Part shown: piece after piece, positions 47,746-56,369 of the stretch | How positions within the stretch are numbered: position 1 is the first letter of the stretch | Layout: every line of letters begins with the position of its first letter | Origin: an uncultured Gammaproteobacteria bacterium | GTDB taxonomy: Bacteria > Patescibacteriota > Patescibacteriia > JAHIZJ01 | Direction: 5' to 3' | DNA length: 64,000 nucleotides | NCBI GenBank assembly: GCA_964594455.1 | Contig: CAZQLY010000004.1 | Coordinates: 61,972-125,971, forward strand | Position numbers and translations under genes: made by a program | Notes under the pieces: generated by a model | Database searches by the model: none | Told to the model about the DNA's origin: nothing | What the model saw: only the letters and a program-made list of their open reading frames with translations

Positions 47746-47765
47746 AACCTTTTAACTAAAAGGTT
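47746..47765. repeat. REP-like 20-bp palindrome AACCTTTTAACTAAAAGGTT (copy 1 of 4)
   Basis: The other copies are at 48481-48500, 48990-49009 and 49426-49445, all in intergenic spacers. A conserved left flank gggttgNctggg is shared between copies 1 and 4. Confidence 0.7.
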
Positions 47766-47883
47766 TAGTCATTTGACGAATGATTGGTGGAGGGGTTGAC
47801 AAATCGATATCTTTACCTTATTATTACTGGTTGTTCTTTCTTGGAATTCAGGCCTGTCACATATAAACACAGGAGGGGTGTAA

Positions 47884-48395
47884 TGACAGCCAAACCGCAG
47901 TTAAAGGAATTCGAAATCCGTAACTGGGCTGGCAGTGGTTCTTGCCAATATGTGTATGCCAAGTTCGAGGATGGCTGGATAGTCTTCTCCGGATCTGGAC
48001 GAGGAACTACGTCCATCAGCAATGCCGAGAGAGTGATCCTGGCAATTGCTAAGTTGGAGCACATCAAACCGCTTGAGTGTCGCTGGTTTGACCTTCAGAC
48101 CCATCGTATGTATGGCCATCGCCGTCACTGGGGAGAACCGAGTGAATTCATGTTTAATGAACTTCAGATAGTAGAAGCTCCACCCGCTCAGGTGCCAGCT
48201 GGCGCCACTGTCATAACCAATGGAACAGGCATCAGTGTGAGCCACTGGGTCTTCGTCGAATGCCCTTCAGAAGTCATTGAACTGTTCTCGGATGTGATTG
48301 GTCCCAATCCTTACCAAAAAAAGAACCGTGATGACCACCGTCCTGGCAGTGAAGCACACCTTGACCAACTTGCCAACAATGCACCGTGCAACTAA
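47884..48395 (+). CDS. hypothetical protein
   Basis: RBS aggagggg. GC-rich. Flanked by REP-like palindromes. Confidence 0.5.
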
Positions 48396-48480
48396 GGTTG
48401 GTTGGGTTCAGCGATCGAAACTACCGTGATTCGGTCGCTTTTTTTTGACCAAAAACAACTCAAACGTGAAGAGTGTATAT

Positions 48481-48500
48481 AACCTTTTAACTAAAAGGTC
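48481..48500. repeat. REP-like palindrome copy 2
   Basis: aaccttttaactaaaaggtc. Confidence 0.65.
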
Positions 48501-48561
48501 CAATGTAGAAGTAAAAAAAGAACCCCATTCCTGGAGTTCATGACGGGTAGGACATACTGGG

Positions 48562-48897
48562 TCAGGGCTGGGGCTCTTCGTCATAGTCGCTGGTACCCGC
48601 ATCACGCGAGTAGGGCTTGCCAGTGACCGGGCTCCTGGGCACATGCCTTTGGGTGTCACTGGCATCGATAGCTTCATGATAAAGAGGGTCCTGGTTTTCG
48701 TTGACAAACTGCTTGACCATACTCTGGCATTGCCGACAGACCTTATTGTGCGGGGTCATGGGATTGCCGCAACGCGGGCAGGACTTGACGCACTGCTGGC
48801 AGATGGGCACATTGTGGAGCACCTGAATGCTCACACTCTTACCCTCTGTTGTCTGGCAGAAAGCGCATTCCCTCTTTTTACGCACCTGTGTCTTCAT
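48562..48897 (-). CDS. Cys-rich zinc-ribbon protein
   Basis: CAFCQ...C..C plus CPRCG...CRQCQ. GC-rich. Confidence 0.45.
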   Translation of the reverse strand: MKTQVRKKRECAFCQTTEGKSVSIQVLHNVPICQQCVKSCPRCGNPMTPHNKVCRQCQSMVKQFVNENQDPLYHEAIDASDTQRHVPRSPVTGKPYSRDAGTSDYDEEPQP

Positions 48898-48989
48898 ATG
48901 ACCTCCTTATGGCAAAGAACGGTTAACATGGTAAATATATGATATATAAAATCAGTATTTTGTCAATACTATAACAGTTTAGTATATCT

Positions 48990-49009
48990 AACCTTTTAAC
49001 CAAAAGGTT
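48990..49009. repeat. REP-like palindrome copy 3
   Basis: aaccttttaaccaaaaggtt. Confidence 0.65.
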
Positions 49010-49016
49010 TGATCAT

Positions 49017-49301
49017 TTATTTTTCTATCTTTCTGGTATACCTACAATTGGGATAGTTACTACAGCCCAGGAATGGCCCATACTTTCCATGCTTTTTTAC
49101 CAGCTTGCCATCACAGTCCGGGCATTTCGGGAATTTCCTTGTGCTTAAAATAAATCTGGTTAGCTTCTTTTCTAATTTGATCCTGAAAAATAAAACGATC
49201 AGACTCACTATTCCAATAACTGCAATCGCTGGAATAACATACTTGGCTATCTGCCAAACTAGTGTTTCACTACCTTCAACTATGTTCGGATCTGCTGCCA
49301 T
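49017..49301 (-). CDS. membrane-anchored protein with a topoisomerase-type C4 zinc finger
   Basis: TM helix. CPDCDGKLVKKHGKYGPFLGCSNYPNCRY is a zf-C4-Topoisom-like motif. Confidence 0.55.
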   Translation of the reverse strand: MAADPNIVEGSETLVWQIAKYVIPAIAVIGIVSLIVLFFRIKLEKKLTRFILSTRKFPKCPDCDGKLVKKHGKYGPFLGCSNYPNCRYTRKIEK

Positions 49302-49370
49302 GTTCTAACTTAATTATTTATTAATGCTTTAATTATACTTACCTTCTCATTACTTTTCAACACAAAAAAA

Positions 49371-49445
49371 CTACAGCCCACTGGGTAGCAGGCTGTAGAA
49401 ATTATTTGGGTTGTCTGGGAGTTACAACCTTTTAACTAAAAGGTT
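49371..49445. repeat. composite repeat: hairpin ctacagcc-N12-ggctgtag + spacer + REP-like palindrome copy 4
   Basis: The left hairpin plus aaattatttgggt is duplicated at 53160-53200. Confidence 0.65.
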
Positions 49446-49999
49446 TAATCTTTTGCTATATCGCCTTTCTCTTGATACTTTTTTAGTTTTTCATACTCCC
49501 CTAATATTTTCTTTTTTCCCTCTTCATTACTGAACCAGCTATTTTTGTCAAAACCCAATAATGAATATGTTACCGGATGAAAGGTTATGTTATTGGGAAA
49601 ATATTTTTTCAATGTCAAGAAAGCTCTTTTGGCGTGATAGTGCTTTGTTATATAGATGATGTGTTTGATGTTTTGGAATCCGATTTTCTCTTCGATAACG
49701 TTTTTTGAAAAGACTACATTTTCCAAAGAATTTGTTGATGTCTTTTCTAGAATTATATCGTCGTGATCAACACCTCTTGCTTTTAATTCTTTCGAAAGAT
49801 CATCTGCTTCGTTCCTGCCCGTTATCCTATTTATCCCACCGGTTATTAAAACCTTGCGAACCAGGCCTCTATTATACAAGTTAACAAACACATCAACGGG
49901 CTCTTTATGACGGGTACCAAAAATAATGGCTAGATCCGATTTACACGGATCAGAATCCATAAATAAATATTCGGTAATGGCTTGTATATTTGAATCCAT
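49445..49999 (-). CDS. DUF218/YdcF-family protein
   Basis: DLAIIFG...VLITGG...TSTNSLENV follows the DUF218 pattern. Confidence 0.7.
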   Translation of the reverse strand: MDSNIQAITEYLFMDSDPCKSDLAIIFGTRHKEPVDVFVNLYNRGLVRKVLITGGINRITGRNEADDLSKELKARGVDHDDIILEKTSTNSLENVVFSKNVIEEKIGFQNIKHIIYITKHYHAKRAFLTLKKYFPNNITFHPVTYSLLGFDKNSWFSNEEGKKKILGEYEKLKKYQEKGDIAKD

Positions 50000-50052
50000 A
50001 TATGTATTTTAGCATAAAAAAGAGTGCCCAGAAACAACATGAGCACTCAACT

Positions 50053-50265
50053 CTAATCCTCCTTCCATCGGTATTGTTCAGGAAACGTCCTGAATACCTT
50101 GGTTTTTAGGATGGAATGCACCCTATTAGCCATATCTTTCACAGAAAACGAACTGACGCCAAGCCTAGCTTTAGCGAGACCGCTTTCGGTTACGACTAAC
50201 TGCTCCAGACTCGACAAGCGTTCTCTGACTTCTGTTACCAGGTCGATTACGTCTTGCAACGACAT
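50053..50265 (-). CDS. small hypothetical protein downstream of the radical SAM gene
   Basis: 19-nt overlap with the rSAM gene. Confidence 0.3.
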   Translation of the reverse strand: MSLQDVIDLVTEVRERLSSLEQLVVTESGLAKARLGVSSFSVKDMANRVHSILKTKVFRTFPEQYRWKED

Positions 50266-51704
50266 CCATGTTCAGTCCAGCTGATCAGGGCACGAAGGGT
50301 CCTAGCCTCAACTTGAAACAACAGACGGCTCAATCTCTCAAAAGACTTCCGTTGATTGAACGCCGGGGCTTTTTTGATCCCCCAGAATTCATCTTGGTAT
50401 GCCTTCTTTAGGCTATCAATCCATTCTACAGATATTGTCTTGAGTGCCATGTAGGTCGCAGCAAGAACTGGATCCATTAAATACTCATGATATCCTTCAA
50501 GCGGATTGCGCCTAATTAAGCGTCCTTCGGATGAAAGCAGGGCCTGGATTGGTGTACCGTCGAATACACGAAGCGCCTTGGATAGGGTGGGCGTAAAGCC
50601 GAACCTCTCCAAGAAGTCCAAATCACATACAACCGAACCAATCGTACTGTAGGGATTGAAGATCATGAATCCAGGAACGATGTCAATCACTGCGTTGCGC
50701 AACACTTCAATCATGTGCAGTATGGTTGCCAGTGATTCGCCCTTACGGAAAACCCGCAAGATTTCAGGATCAACGCTCTCAATACCAACCAGTAAACGCT
50801 CAAATCCGGCTCTTCTCATGAGCAATGCCACTTCCTCATCTACGTCATTGGATCGACAGAAGCCCATGAGGTGGAGATCGTCGAGTTGGCGGCGGATGAC
50901 TTCACGACACAGATCGACAACGTGTCTTCGTCCAGCGCGTCCCGGCCCAAAAAGATTGGCGTCGTTGAACTTAAACACAGTCACGTTGTAATCACGTCTC
51001 AGTTGTTCAATCTCGTCCACTACTTCAGCCGGATTCCTGGGCCTCCAGTTTGGACCAAGCGACATGCGCTCAAAACTGCAATTGCTGCAGAAGGTACAAA
51101 CTCCGTAACAGCCGCGGCTAGCCAAGACTGTTGCATAATTTGTCATCTGCAGGCAATGGGGCAGTAGATCGCGAGACGCTCGAGGTAATGTGTCTAGATC
51201 AGGCTTTGATGAGGGGGCGTTGGTTATTACAGAAGCACCCATATAGGACAGGCCTGGCAAATCATGCCAATCGTGTCCCCCAATAACCCTCTCGACCAAG
51301 ATTCTGAACGATACGTCACCCTCACCCAGAACGATAGAATCAATGCCTGAGATGTGAGTTAGCAACTGTTCGGTGCTCAATGTCGCCGTGATACCACCAC
51401 AGCATATATGCGCCGAGCATTGATTCTCGCGTAACCCTTCAACCAGTTGCTTAACTGACGGCAGTGCGCGTTGCATAACCGTAAAGCCGATCACCTTCGC
51501 CTGACGCTCGTATATCTGAGAGATTGTCTCTTGGATCGTCAGAGCGAATACGTCAGCATCAAGAATCTCAACATCAATACCGACTTCACGCAAGCTTGCC
51601 GTCAGGTACATCAGACCCATTGGTTCTTTCGGATTGTAATCCGGTATGCGTCCCGACTGATACATCGGTGGGACTACCAGCAAAACATCTCTGGTTGTCT
51701 TCAT
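50247..51704 (-). CDS. B12-binding domain-containing radical SAM protein
   Basis: N-terminal cobalamin-binding-like domain. CYGVCTFCS is a CxxxCxxC cluster. GC-rich. Confidence 0.8.
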   Translation of the reverse strand: MKTTRDVLLVVPPMYQSGRIPDYNPKEPMGLMYLTASLREVGIDVEILDADVFALTIQETISQIYERQAKVIGFTVMQRALPSVKQLVEGLRENQCSAHICCGGITATLSTEQLLTHISGIDSIVLGEGDVSFRILVERVIGGHDWHDLPGLSYMGASVITNAPSSKPDLDTLPRASRDLLPHCLQMTNYATVLASRGCYGVCTFCSNCSFERMSLGPNWRPRNPAEVVDEIEQLRRDYNVTVFKFNDANLFGPGRAGRRHVVDLCREVIRRQLDDLHLMGFCRSNDVDEEVALLMRRAGFERLLVGIESVDPEILRVFRKGESLATILHMIEVLRNAVIDIVPGFMIFNPYSTIGSVVCDLDFLERFGFTPTLSKALRVFDGTPIQALLSSEGRLIRRNPLEGYHEYLMDPVLAATYMALKTISVEWIDSLKKAYQDEFWGIKKAPAFNQRKSFERLSRLLFQVEARTLRALISWTEHGCRCKT

Positions 51705-51716
51705 CGCAACCTCCCG

Positions 51717-52991
51717 TTATGTATCTGTAGGGTTGATCCTCAGAATGTCAGCACCAAGGCTGGTCAGTCTTTCTTCTAGAAATTCATAGCCGCGATCAAT
51801 GTGATATACACGATCAACCACGGTTATCCCTTCTGCTGCTAATCCGGCCAGCACCAACCCGGCACCAGCCTGCAGATCACTCGCCATTACCGGAGCACCG
51901 TTCAAGCGAGGAACTCCGGTAACAACAGCTTCATCAAAACGGGTCTTCACATCAGCTCCCATACGGTTCAGCTCATCAACGTGCATTAGGCGTTTCTCAA
52001 AAACAGTCTCCTTCACAATCCCCACACCGTCGGCAACAGTCAGCAGAGCCATCATTTGAGGCTGGAAGTCTGTAGGAAATCCAGGAAACGGCCAGGTGGT
52101 AATGTTAACAGGCCTCAAACGACCGTTACATATAACCCTCAGGGCATCATCACCAACCTCCGTGACCTCGATTCCCATTTGTTGCATTTTGCTTATGACG
52201 ATACTGAGATTCTGTTGGACCGCATTTTTCACAACCACATCGCCGCCAGTAATTGCTGCGGCAGCAAGAAAGAAGGCTGTCTCAATTCGCGAGGGGATGG
52301 GAGTGAACTCAATAGCAGACAAACGAGAGACTCCTTCAATGGTAATTGTTGGAGTACCCGCACCATAGACCCTGGCTCCCATAGAGTTGAGAAAGTCAGC
52401 CAGACAAACTACTTCGGGTTCACATGCTGCGTTCACTAGGGTAGTGGTTCCTTTGGCTAGCACTGCGGCCATCATGATGTTTTCCGTACCCGTATGAGTC
52501 GGAAAATCGAAATGATAAGTCGCCCCGCGCAAACCAGATGTCGTCGCTACGACAAAACCACTGTCCTGTGTAACTGAAGCGCCAAGATGCTGTAACGCCT
52601 CAATATGCATATCAACCCTACGTTCACCAATAGCACAGCCTCCTGGTAGAGACACACGGGCCTCATGGAAGCGGGCCACCAATGGCCCAATTACCAAAAA
52701 AGAGGCTCTCATCTTACTTACCCATTCATAAGGTGCTTCAAGGCTGCTTATTCGAGTGCAATCAATACAGAGAGTCCTCGAAGCCCCGTCATACCCAATC
52801 TTAGCTCCTAGTCCTTCAAGGACCTTGGAAATAACATGCACATCACTAAGATTGGGCACATTTCTAATGACTGTCTGCCCCCTGTCTGCTAGTAATGATG
52901 CGGCGATTAACGGCAGTATGCCATTCTTTACGCCTAGGACTTCGATTTCGCCATGCAACTTCTTCCCGCCTCTTATTTTGAACTGATCCAT
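51717..52991 (-). CDS. murA: UDP-N-acetylglucosamine 1-carboxyvinyltransferase
   Basis: Full-length EPSP-synthase-fold MurA beginning MDQFKIRGGKKLHGEIEV...LPLIAASLLA. GC-rich. Confidence 0.9.
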   Translation of the reverse strand: MDQFKIRGGKKLHGEIEVLGVKNGILPLIAASLLADRGQTVIRNVPNLSDVHVISKVLEGLGAKIGYDGASRTLCIDCTRISSLEAPYEWVSKMRASFLVIGPLVARFHEARVSLPGGCAIGERRVDMHIEALQHLGASVTQDSGFVVATTSGLRGATYHFDFPTHTGTENIMMAAVLAKGTTTLVNAACEPEVVCLADFLNSMGARVYGAGTPTITIEGVSRLSAIEFTPIPSRIETAFFLAAAAITGGDVVVKNAVQQNLSIVISKMQQMGIEVTEVGDDALRVICNGRLRPVNITTWPFPGFPTDFQPQMMALLTVADGVGIVKETVFEKRLMHVDELNRMGADVKTRFDEAVVTGVPRLNGAPVMASDLQAGAGLVLAGLAAEGITVVDRVYHIDRGYEFLEERLTSLGADILRINPTDT

Positions 52992-53159
52992 TTCGAACCT
53001 CTCTTTCTATACTGTGATAGGCTAATTGTCAATGAACGACTGTAAACAATATCATTAATTGTGTTATATAGTCAACTAAATCTGTCTCAGTCTATAAATA
53101 AAAAAAGTATGTCTCCCTCTGTGTTCATAATCCAATCCTACCAACATTAACAATATTAA

Positions 53160-53200
53160 CTACAGCCCACCAATCAGCAGGCTGTAGAAACTATTTGGGT
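53160..53200. repeat. second copy of the hairpin ctacagcc...ggctgtag + aaactatttgggt
   Basis: Matches 49371-49410. Confidence 0.6.
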
Positions 53201-53214
53201 CGTGTTGTTTTGCT

Positions 53215-53613
53215 TTACTCAGTCGTAGTGCCGTCGAAATCCTCTTCGTTGGCTTCGGCTTCGGCCTTGGTGGCACGGACTATGCCATCCTTGTGATGGG
53301 CTGGTGAGTAGATGGTGTACATCTTTAGCATTTCTGAGTCTGAGGTATTGATGACATTGTGTTCGGATCCGGCTGGGACCACGATGGCTGATCCGTCCCC
53401 TACTTCATACTCATTGCCATCGATGACTACTTTTCCTTTACCGACTTCAAATCGGAAAAACTGATCATTGTCCGGATGGGTTTCCAGACCGATATCTTCG
53501 TTGGGCTGGAGTGCCATCAAGACTAATTGGCTGTGCTTTGAGGTGTAGAGCACTTGGCGGAAGTTTTCGTTGGCCAGAGTGGCTTTTTCGATGTTGTCAG
53601 AAAAACCTTTCAT
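53215..53613 (-). CDS. cupin domain protein
   Basis: Spacing between ETHPDNDQFF and AGSEHNVIN matches the cupin motifs. Confidence 0.75.
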   Translation of the reverse strand: MKGFSDNIEKATLANENFRQVLYTSKHSQLVLMALQPNEDIGLETHPDNDQFFRFEVGKGKVVIDGNEYEVGDGSAIVVPAGSEHNVINTSDSEMLKMYTIYSPAHHKDGIVRATKAEAEANEEDFDGTTTE

Positions 53614-53650
53614 ATTTTTTAATTTAGTGATTAGCTACTGTCTTATTATA

Positions 53651-54181
53651 CTAACAGCATGATTGATTTCTTTCAAGAAATAGATACGGATAGAGCTCAC
53701 CCTCTTTTATCAAACCATGTTTTATGGGGTTGTATTTGAGATACTCCATGTAGGCATTGAAATCGTCTTGATCCCGGATTATGTGGTCGTGATAGGAACC
53801 ATGCCAGGCGAAACGCTTCGCGGTTGTGTTTCTAGAATCTACGTACTCCCGTAAGCGGGCAAACGTTTGCCCGCTTGCGTGGGTGGGAAACTCCACCCCA
53901 CCACGTAAGCGAGGATGGCCATCCTCGCCTACGGGAAAAACAGTGTTTCTCATAAGAATATTGATATTCCGTGAAGAGTGCCTTTTGGCAAAATGCATGT
54001 AATCTGAGATGGAATATTTTCCATGGGGTTTTAACAATATATGAACATGGTCGGGGATAATTACATATCCGAATAATCTGCATTTTTTGAAATCACAGCC
54101 CATTTTTATTACCTCGGCCATATATTTTGCCAACTCTTTATCCCGAAAGTAAGGATACCCGTCTTTTGTGCGCGTAGTCAC
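53651..54181 (-). mobile_element. rayT: REP-associated tyrosine transposase (RayT; IS200/Y1-HUH family)
   Basis: HUH motif IPDHVHILL. Catalytic Tyr region WHGSYHDHIIRD...YLKYNPIKHGLI is typical of COG1943. Confidence 0.8.
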
Positions 54182-54368
54182 AAATATATGGCATTGTCTA
54201 GATATATCCTTTTTTGGCTGTTTTTGTGATACATAAAAACAGGGCTTTGGATCTCCCTGTGTCTCAGCTTCATCCTACCAAAAACCGTGGTTGTTTTCAA
54301 TGATAAAAAGAGGCGGAGTGGAGCTTATGCTCACTCCGCCGTATTTGCGAACTGGCCGCTAGTCGTGG

Positions 54369-54695
54369 CTAGGCCGGCTTCTCGGTAGCCTGGCCTTCCT
54401 CGGTCGCGCCGGCATCGGCACCCTCGCCGCCCTGGGCCTCGTCTTCGTCGTCCTCGTCGTCGACTTCCTCGAGCTTCGGCACCACGAAGATCTTATTGTC
54501 CTCATCGAGAACCGTGTCCGGAGTGACGTCGCCGTTGACTTCGTCGACAAGCTCATGCGTCTCGGGATCGTATTTGACCTCGGCCTCCTTGAGCGCATCA
54601 GCCACGGTGTATTTGTCTTCCGCTTCGTCCGGCTTGTCCAGCGTCACTCCTTCGGGAACCACGAACACGCGAATCTTCATCTCTTCCACCTCCAT
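54369..54695 (-). CDS. acidic hypothetical protein
   Basis: 108 aa, D/E-rich, GC-rich. The overlapping 54359..54598 frame is a K/R-rich artefact. Confidence 0.45.
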   Translation of the reverse strand: MEVEEMKIRVFVVPEGVTLDKPDEAEDKYTVADALKEAEVKYDPETHELVDEVNGDVTPDTVLDEDNKIFVVPKLEEVDDEDDEDEAQGGEGADAGATEEGQATEKPA

Positions 54696-54942
54696 GTTTC
54701 ACTGGTCATCTACCTAAAAAGGCCGACTCTCGGCCAGGTACTACAAAAAACATGTTATTTTATTTTCCTTTTATTGTCAAGGCTGGTGCTGTGTACTAAT
54801 TTAAAAAAACCCTCTTTTTGCCTTGAAGGCTCTTTGTTGTTGAAATCATCATCTGGCAAGGGACGAAAATAACCCCGCAATAATTCATTTCGTTGAAGTT
54901 CTGGGCGGTGCCGAACCCTTTAGCGCGTTTTTATATGCTCAG

Positions 54943-55013
54943 CAGGCCCTGAGAGAATCGAACTCCCGACTACGGTTTTGGAGACCGTCGTTATACCATT
55001 TAACTAAGGGCCC
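54943..55013 (-). tRNA. tRNA-Trp (anticodon CCA)
   Basis: Cloverleaf GGGCCCT-TA-GTTA-AATGGTA-TAAC-G-ACGGT-CTCCAAA-ACCGT-AGTC-GGGAG-TTCGATT-CTCTC-AGGGCCT-G. Confidence 0.85.
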
Positions 55014-55029
55014 GTTGAGCATACAAATT

Positions 55030-55085
55030 TATTATGCTTTCTCGGTACGGGGTTGGGAGACCTAATTCTACCATTGAACTACGCC
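55030..55085 (-). pseudogene. tRNA-Gly(CCC)-like 5' fragment (no T-arm); tRNA remnant
   Basis: GGGGGCG-TA-GTTC-AATGGTA-GAAT...CTCCCAA resembles the glyU 5' half but lacks the T arm and 3' acceptor. Confidence 0.4.
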
Positions 55086-55096
55086 CCCACGAATAT

Positions 55097-55519
55097 CTAT
55101 TTTTTCAAATATAACCACTCCTTTGCTAAATCCTTTTGTTCAAAAAACTTTAGCTTCCCGATTACCTTCATCTTAATAAGTATTTTTCGAATAGCGACTT
55201 GGAAAGTTCTGGCTGATTGGATGACTGCGGCTGATTTTATTTTGTCATTTTTTAGAATATCAGTAAACAGCTCCTGCAGGGCAATAGCCTGGTTCTGGCT
55301 GACCGGCACTTTGCTCATATCAATCAAGACTGACCAGCTCTGATTAGGCATTGATTGTGAAAGTTCAGCCAAACGCTCTTGGAACCAGATCAGCTCAGCT
55401 GCCGCACTGTCCCGGCCAGATCGTTCGGAACCAAGTTTCAGATCTATAATACCAGGCGGCTCAATCTTCCAGCTGGTCTGAGTCTGAGGACACGTGTACT
55501 GAATCGAAACCTGAGCCAT
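55097..55519 (-). CDS. hypothetical protein
   Basis: 140-aa ORF. A distant STAS-like fold is possible. Confidence 0.45.
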   Translation of the reverse strand: MAQVSIQYTCPQTQTSWKIEPPGIIDLKLGSERSGRDSAAAELIWFQERLAELSQSMPNQSWSVLIDMSKVPVSQNQAIALQELFTDILKNDKIKSAAVIQSARTFQVAIRKILIKMKVIGKLKFFEQKDLAKEWLYLKK

Positions 55520-55520
55520 A

Positions 55521-55676
55521 TTACTTAGTCTCTTTGTGCGGAGTGTGTTTCTTACAGCTTGGGCAATACTTTTTCAATTCCAATCTGTTCTTGAGTATTT
55601 TTTTGTTCTTCTTTGAATGGTAATTCACCTTTTTGCACTCGGTGCATTCCATCTTGATCAAATTGTCTTGAGACAT
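55521..55676 (-). CDS. rpmG: 50S ribosomal protein L33
   Basis: 51 aa: [51 protein letters not shown]. Absent from the ORF track because it is under 60 aa. Confidence 0.85.
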   Translation of the reverse strand: MSQDNLIKMECTECKKVNYHSKKNKKILKNRLELKKYCPSCKKHTPHKETK

Positions 55677-55703
55677 GATAATCCTTTCTTACAGTATTAA
55701 TTG

Positions 55704-55778
55704 TGGAGCCACCCGTCGGATTCGAACCGACGACCTACTGTTTACAAAACAGTTGCTCTACCACTGAGCTAGGGTGGC
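55704..55778 (-). tRNA. tRNA-Thr (anticodon UGU), CCA encoded
   Basis: GCCACCC-TA-GCTC-AGTGGTA-GAGC-A-ACTGT-TTTGTAA-ACAGT-AGGTC-GTCGG-TTCGAAT-CCGAC-GGGTGGC-T-CCA. Confidence 0.9.
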
Positions 55779-55798
55779 GTGGTTATTAATTTAATTGA

Positions 55799-55894
55799 AC
55801 AGTTGCTCTACCCGCCTCGACTCGCTGATGCTTGTCTCAGCGAGGCGGGCCACTGAGCTAGGGTGGCGTGGTTATTAATTTAATTGAACAGTTG
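55799..55894 (-). pseudogene. tandem duplicate of the tRNA-Thr 5' half interrupted by a 37-nt hairpin insertion
   Basis: gaacagttgctctac[cgcctcg...cgaggcg]ccactgagctagggtggcg together with the repeated flank tggttattaatttaattgaacagttgc. Confidence 0.5.
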
Positions 55895-56008
55895 CGTAAT
55901 TTATCCCATACCTGAAGTGAAACGCAGTTGTACGGGCCGCTGCTTGCCCCGCGAAGCTTTAGCGAAGCGGGGAGCTATCCCAGCAGGTTTTTTAATTATT
56001 TAACCTAC

Positions 56009-56344
56009 CTACTCTACCTCAAACCTTTTTAATATGTCAATCGGCGGTTCTTCATAAGGATGAGCCTGCTTTAACGCCCGGACTACTTCTTCGATTTTAT
56101 CCTTGTGGCAAAGCATTTCTACCGTCTCTTCCTCAACCTCTTCCGGCTGGCCTATTTTTCCAATGGCTGGCTGGGCGCCTTCTTGGGGAGTGAATCGCCC
56201 CACTGTTTTATGCGAACCGCTGCAGTGGGAATAATTGCCTTGCACACCCGCTCCAGCGTCACCCATAGCTTGCCGAACTTTGGCCACGTATTGGACTGGA
56301 ACCGCGGTCATTATTTTGTAATAATCTGATTTTTTCAACATCAT
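56009..56344 (-). CDS. hypothetical protein (PII-like/YqfO-C-terminal-like?)
   Basis: 111-aa ORF. Weak resemblance only. Confidence 0.4.
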   Translation of the reverse strand: MMLKKSDYYKIMTAVPVQYVAKVRQAMGDAGAGVQGNYSHCSGSHKTVGRFTPQEGAQPAIGKIGQPEEVEEETVEMLCHKDKIEEVVRALKQAHPYEEPPIDILKRFEVE

Positions 56345-56369
56345 CGTTACTAAATATTATCAAAAATTC

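Noticed and set aside
54359-54598. ORF 54359..54598 (-), an Arg/Ser/Thr-rich 79 aa product
   Set aside because: An alternate frame of the GC-rich acidic protein gene 54369..54695 with low complexity.
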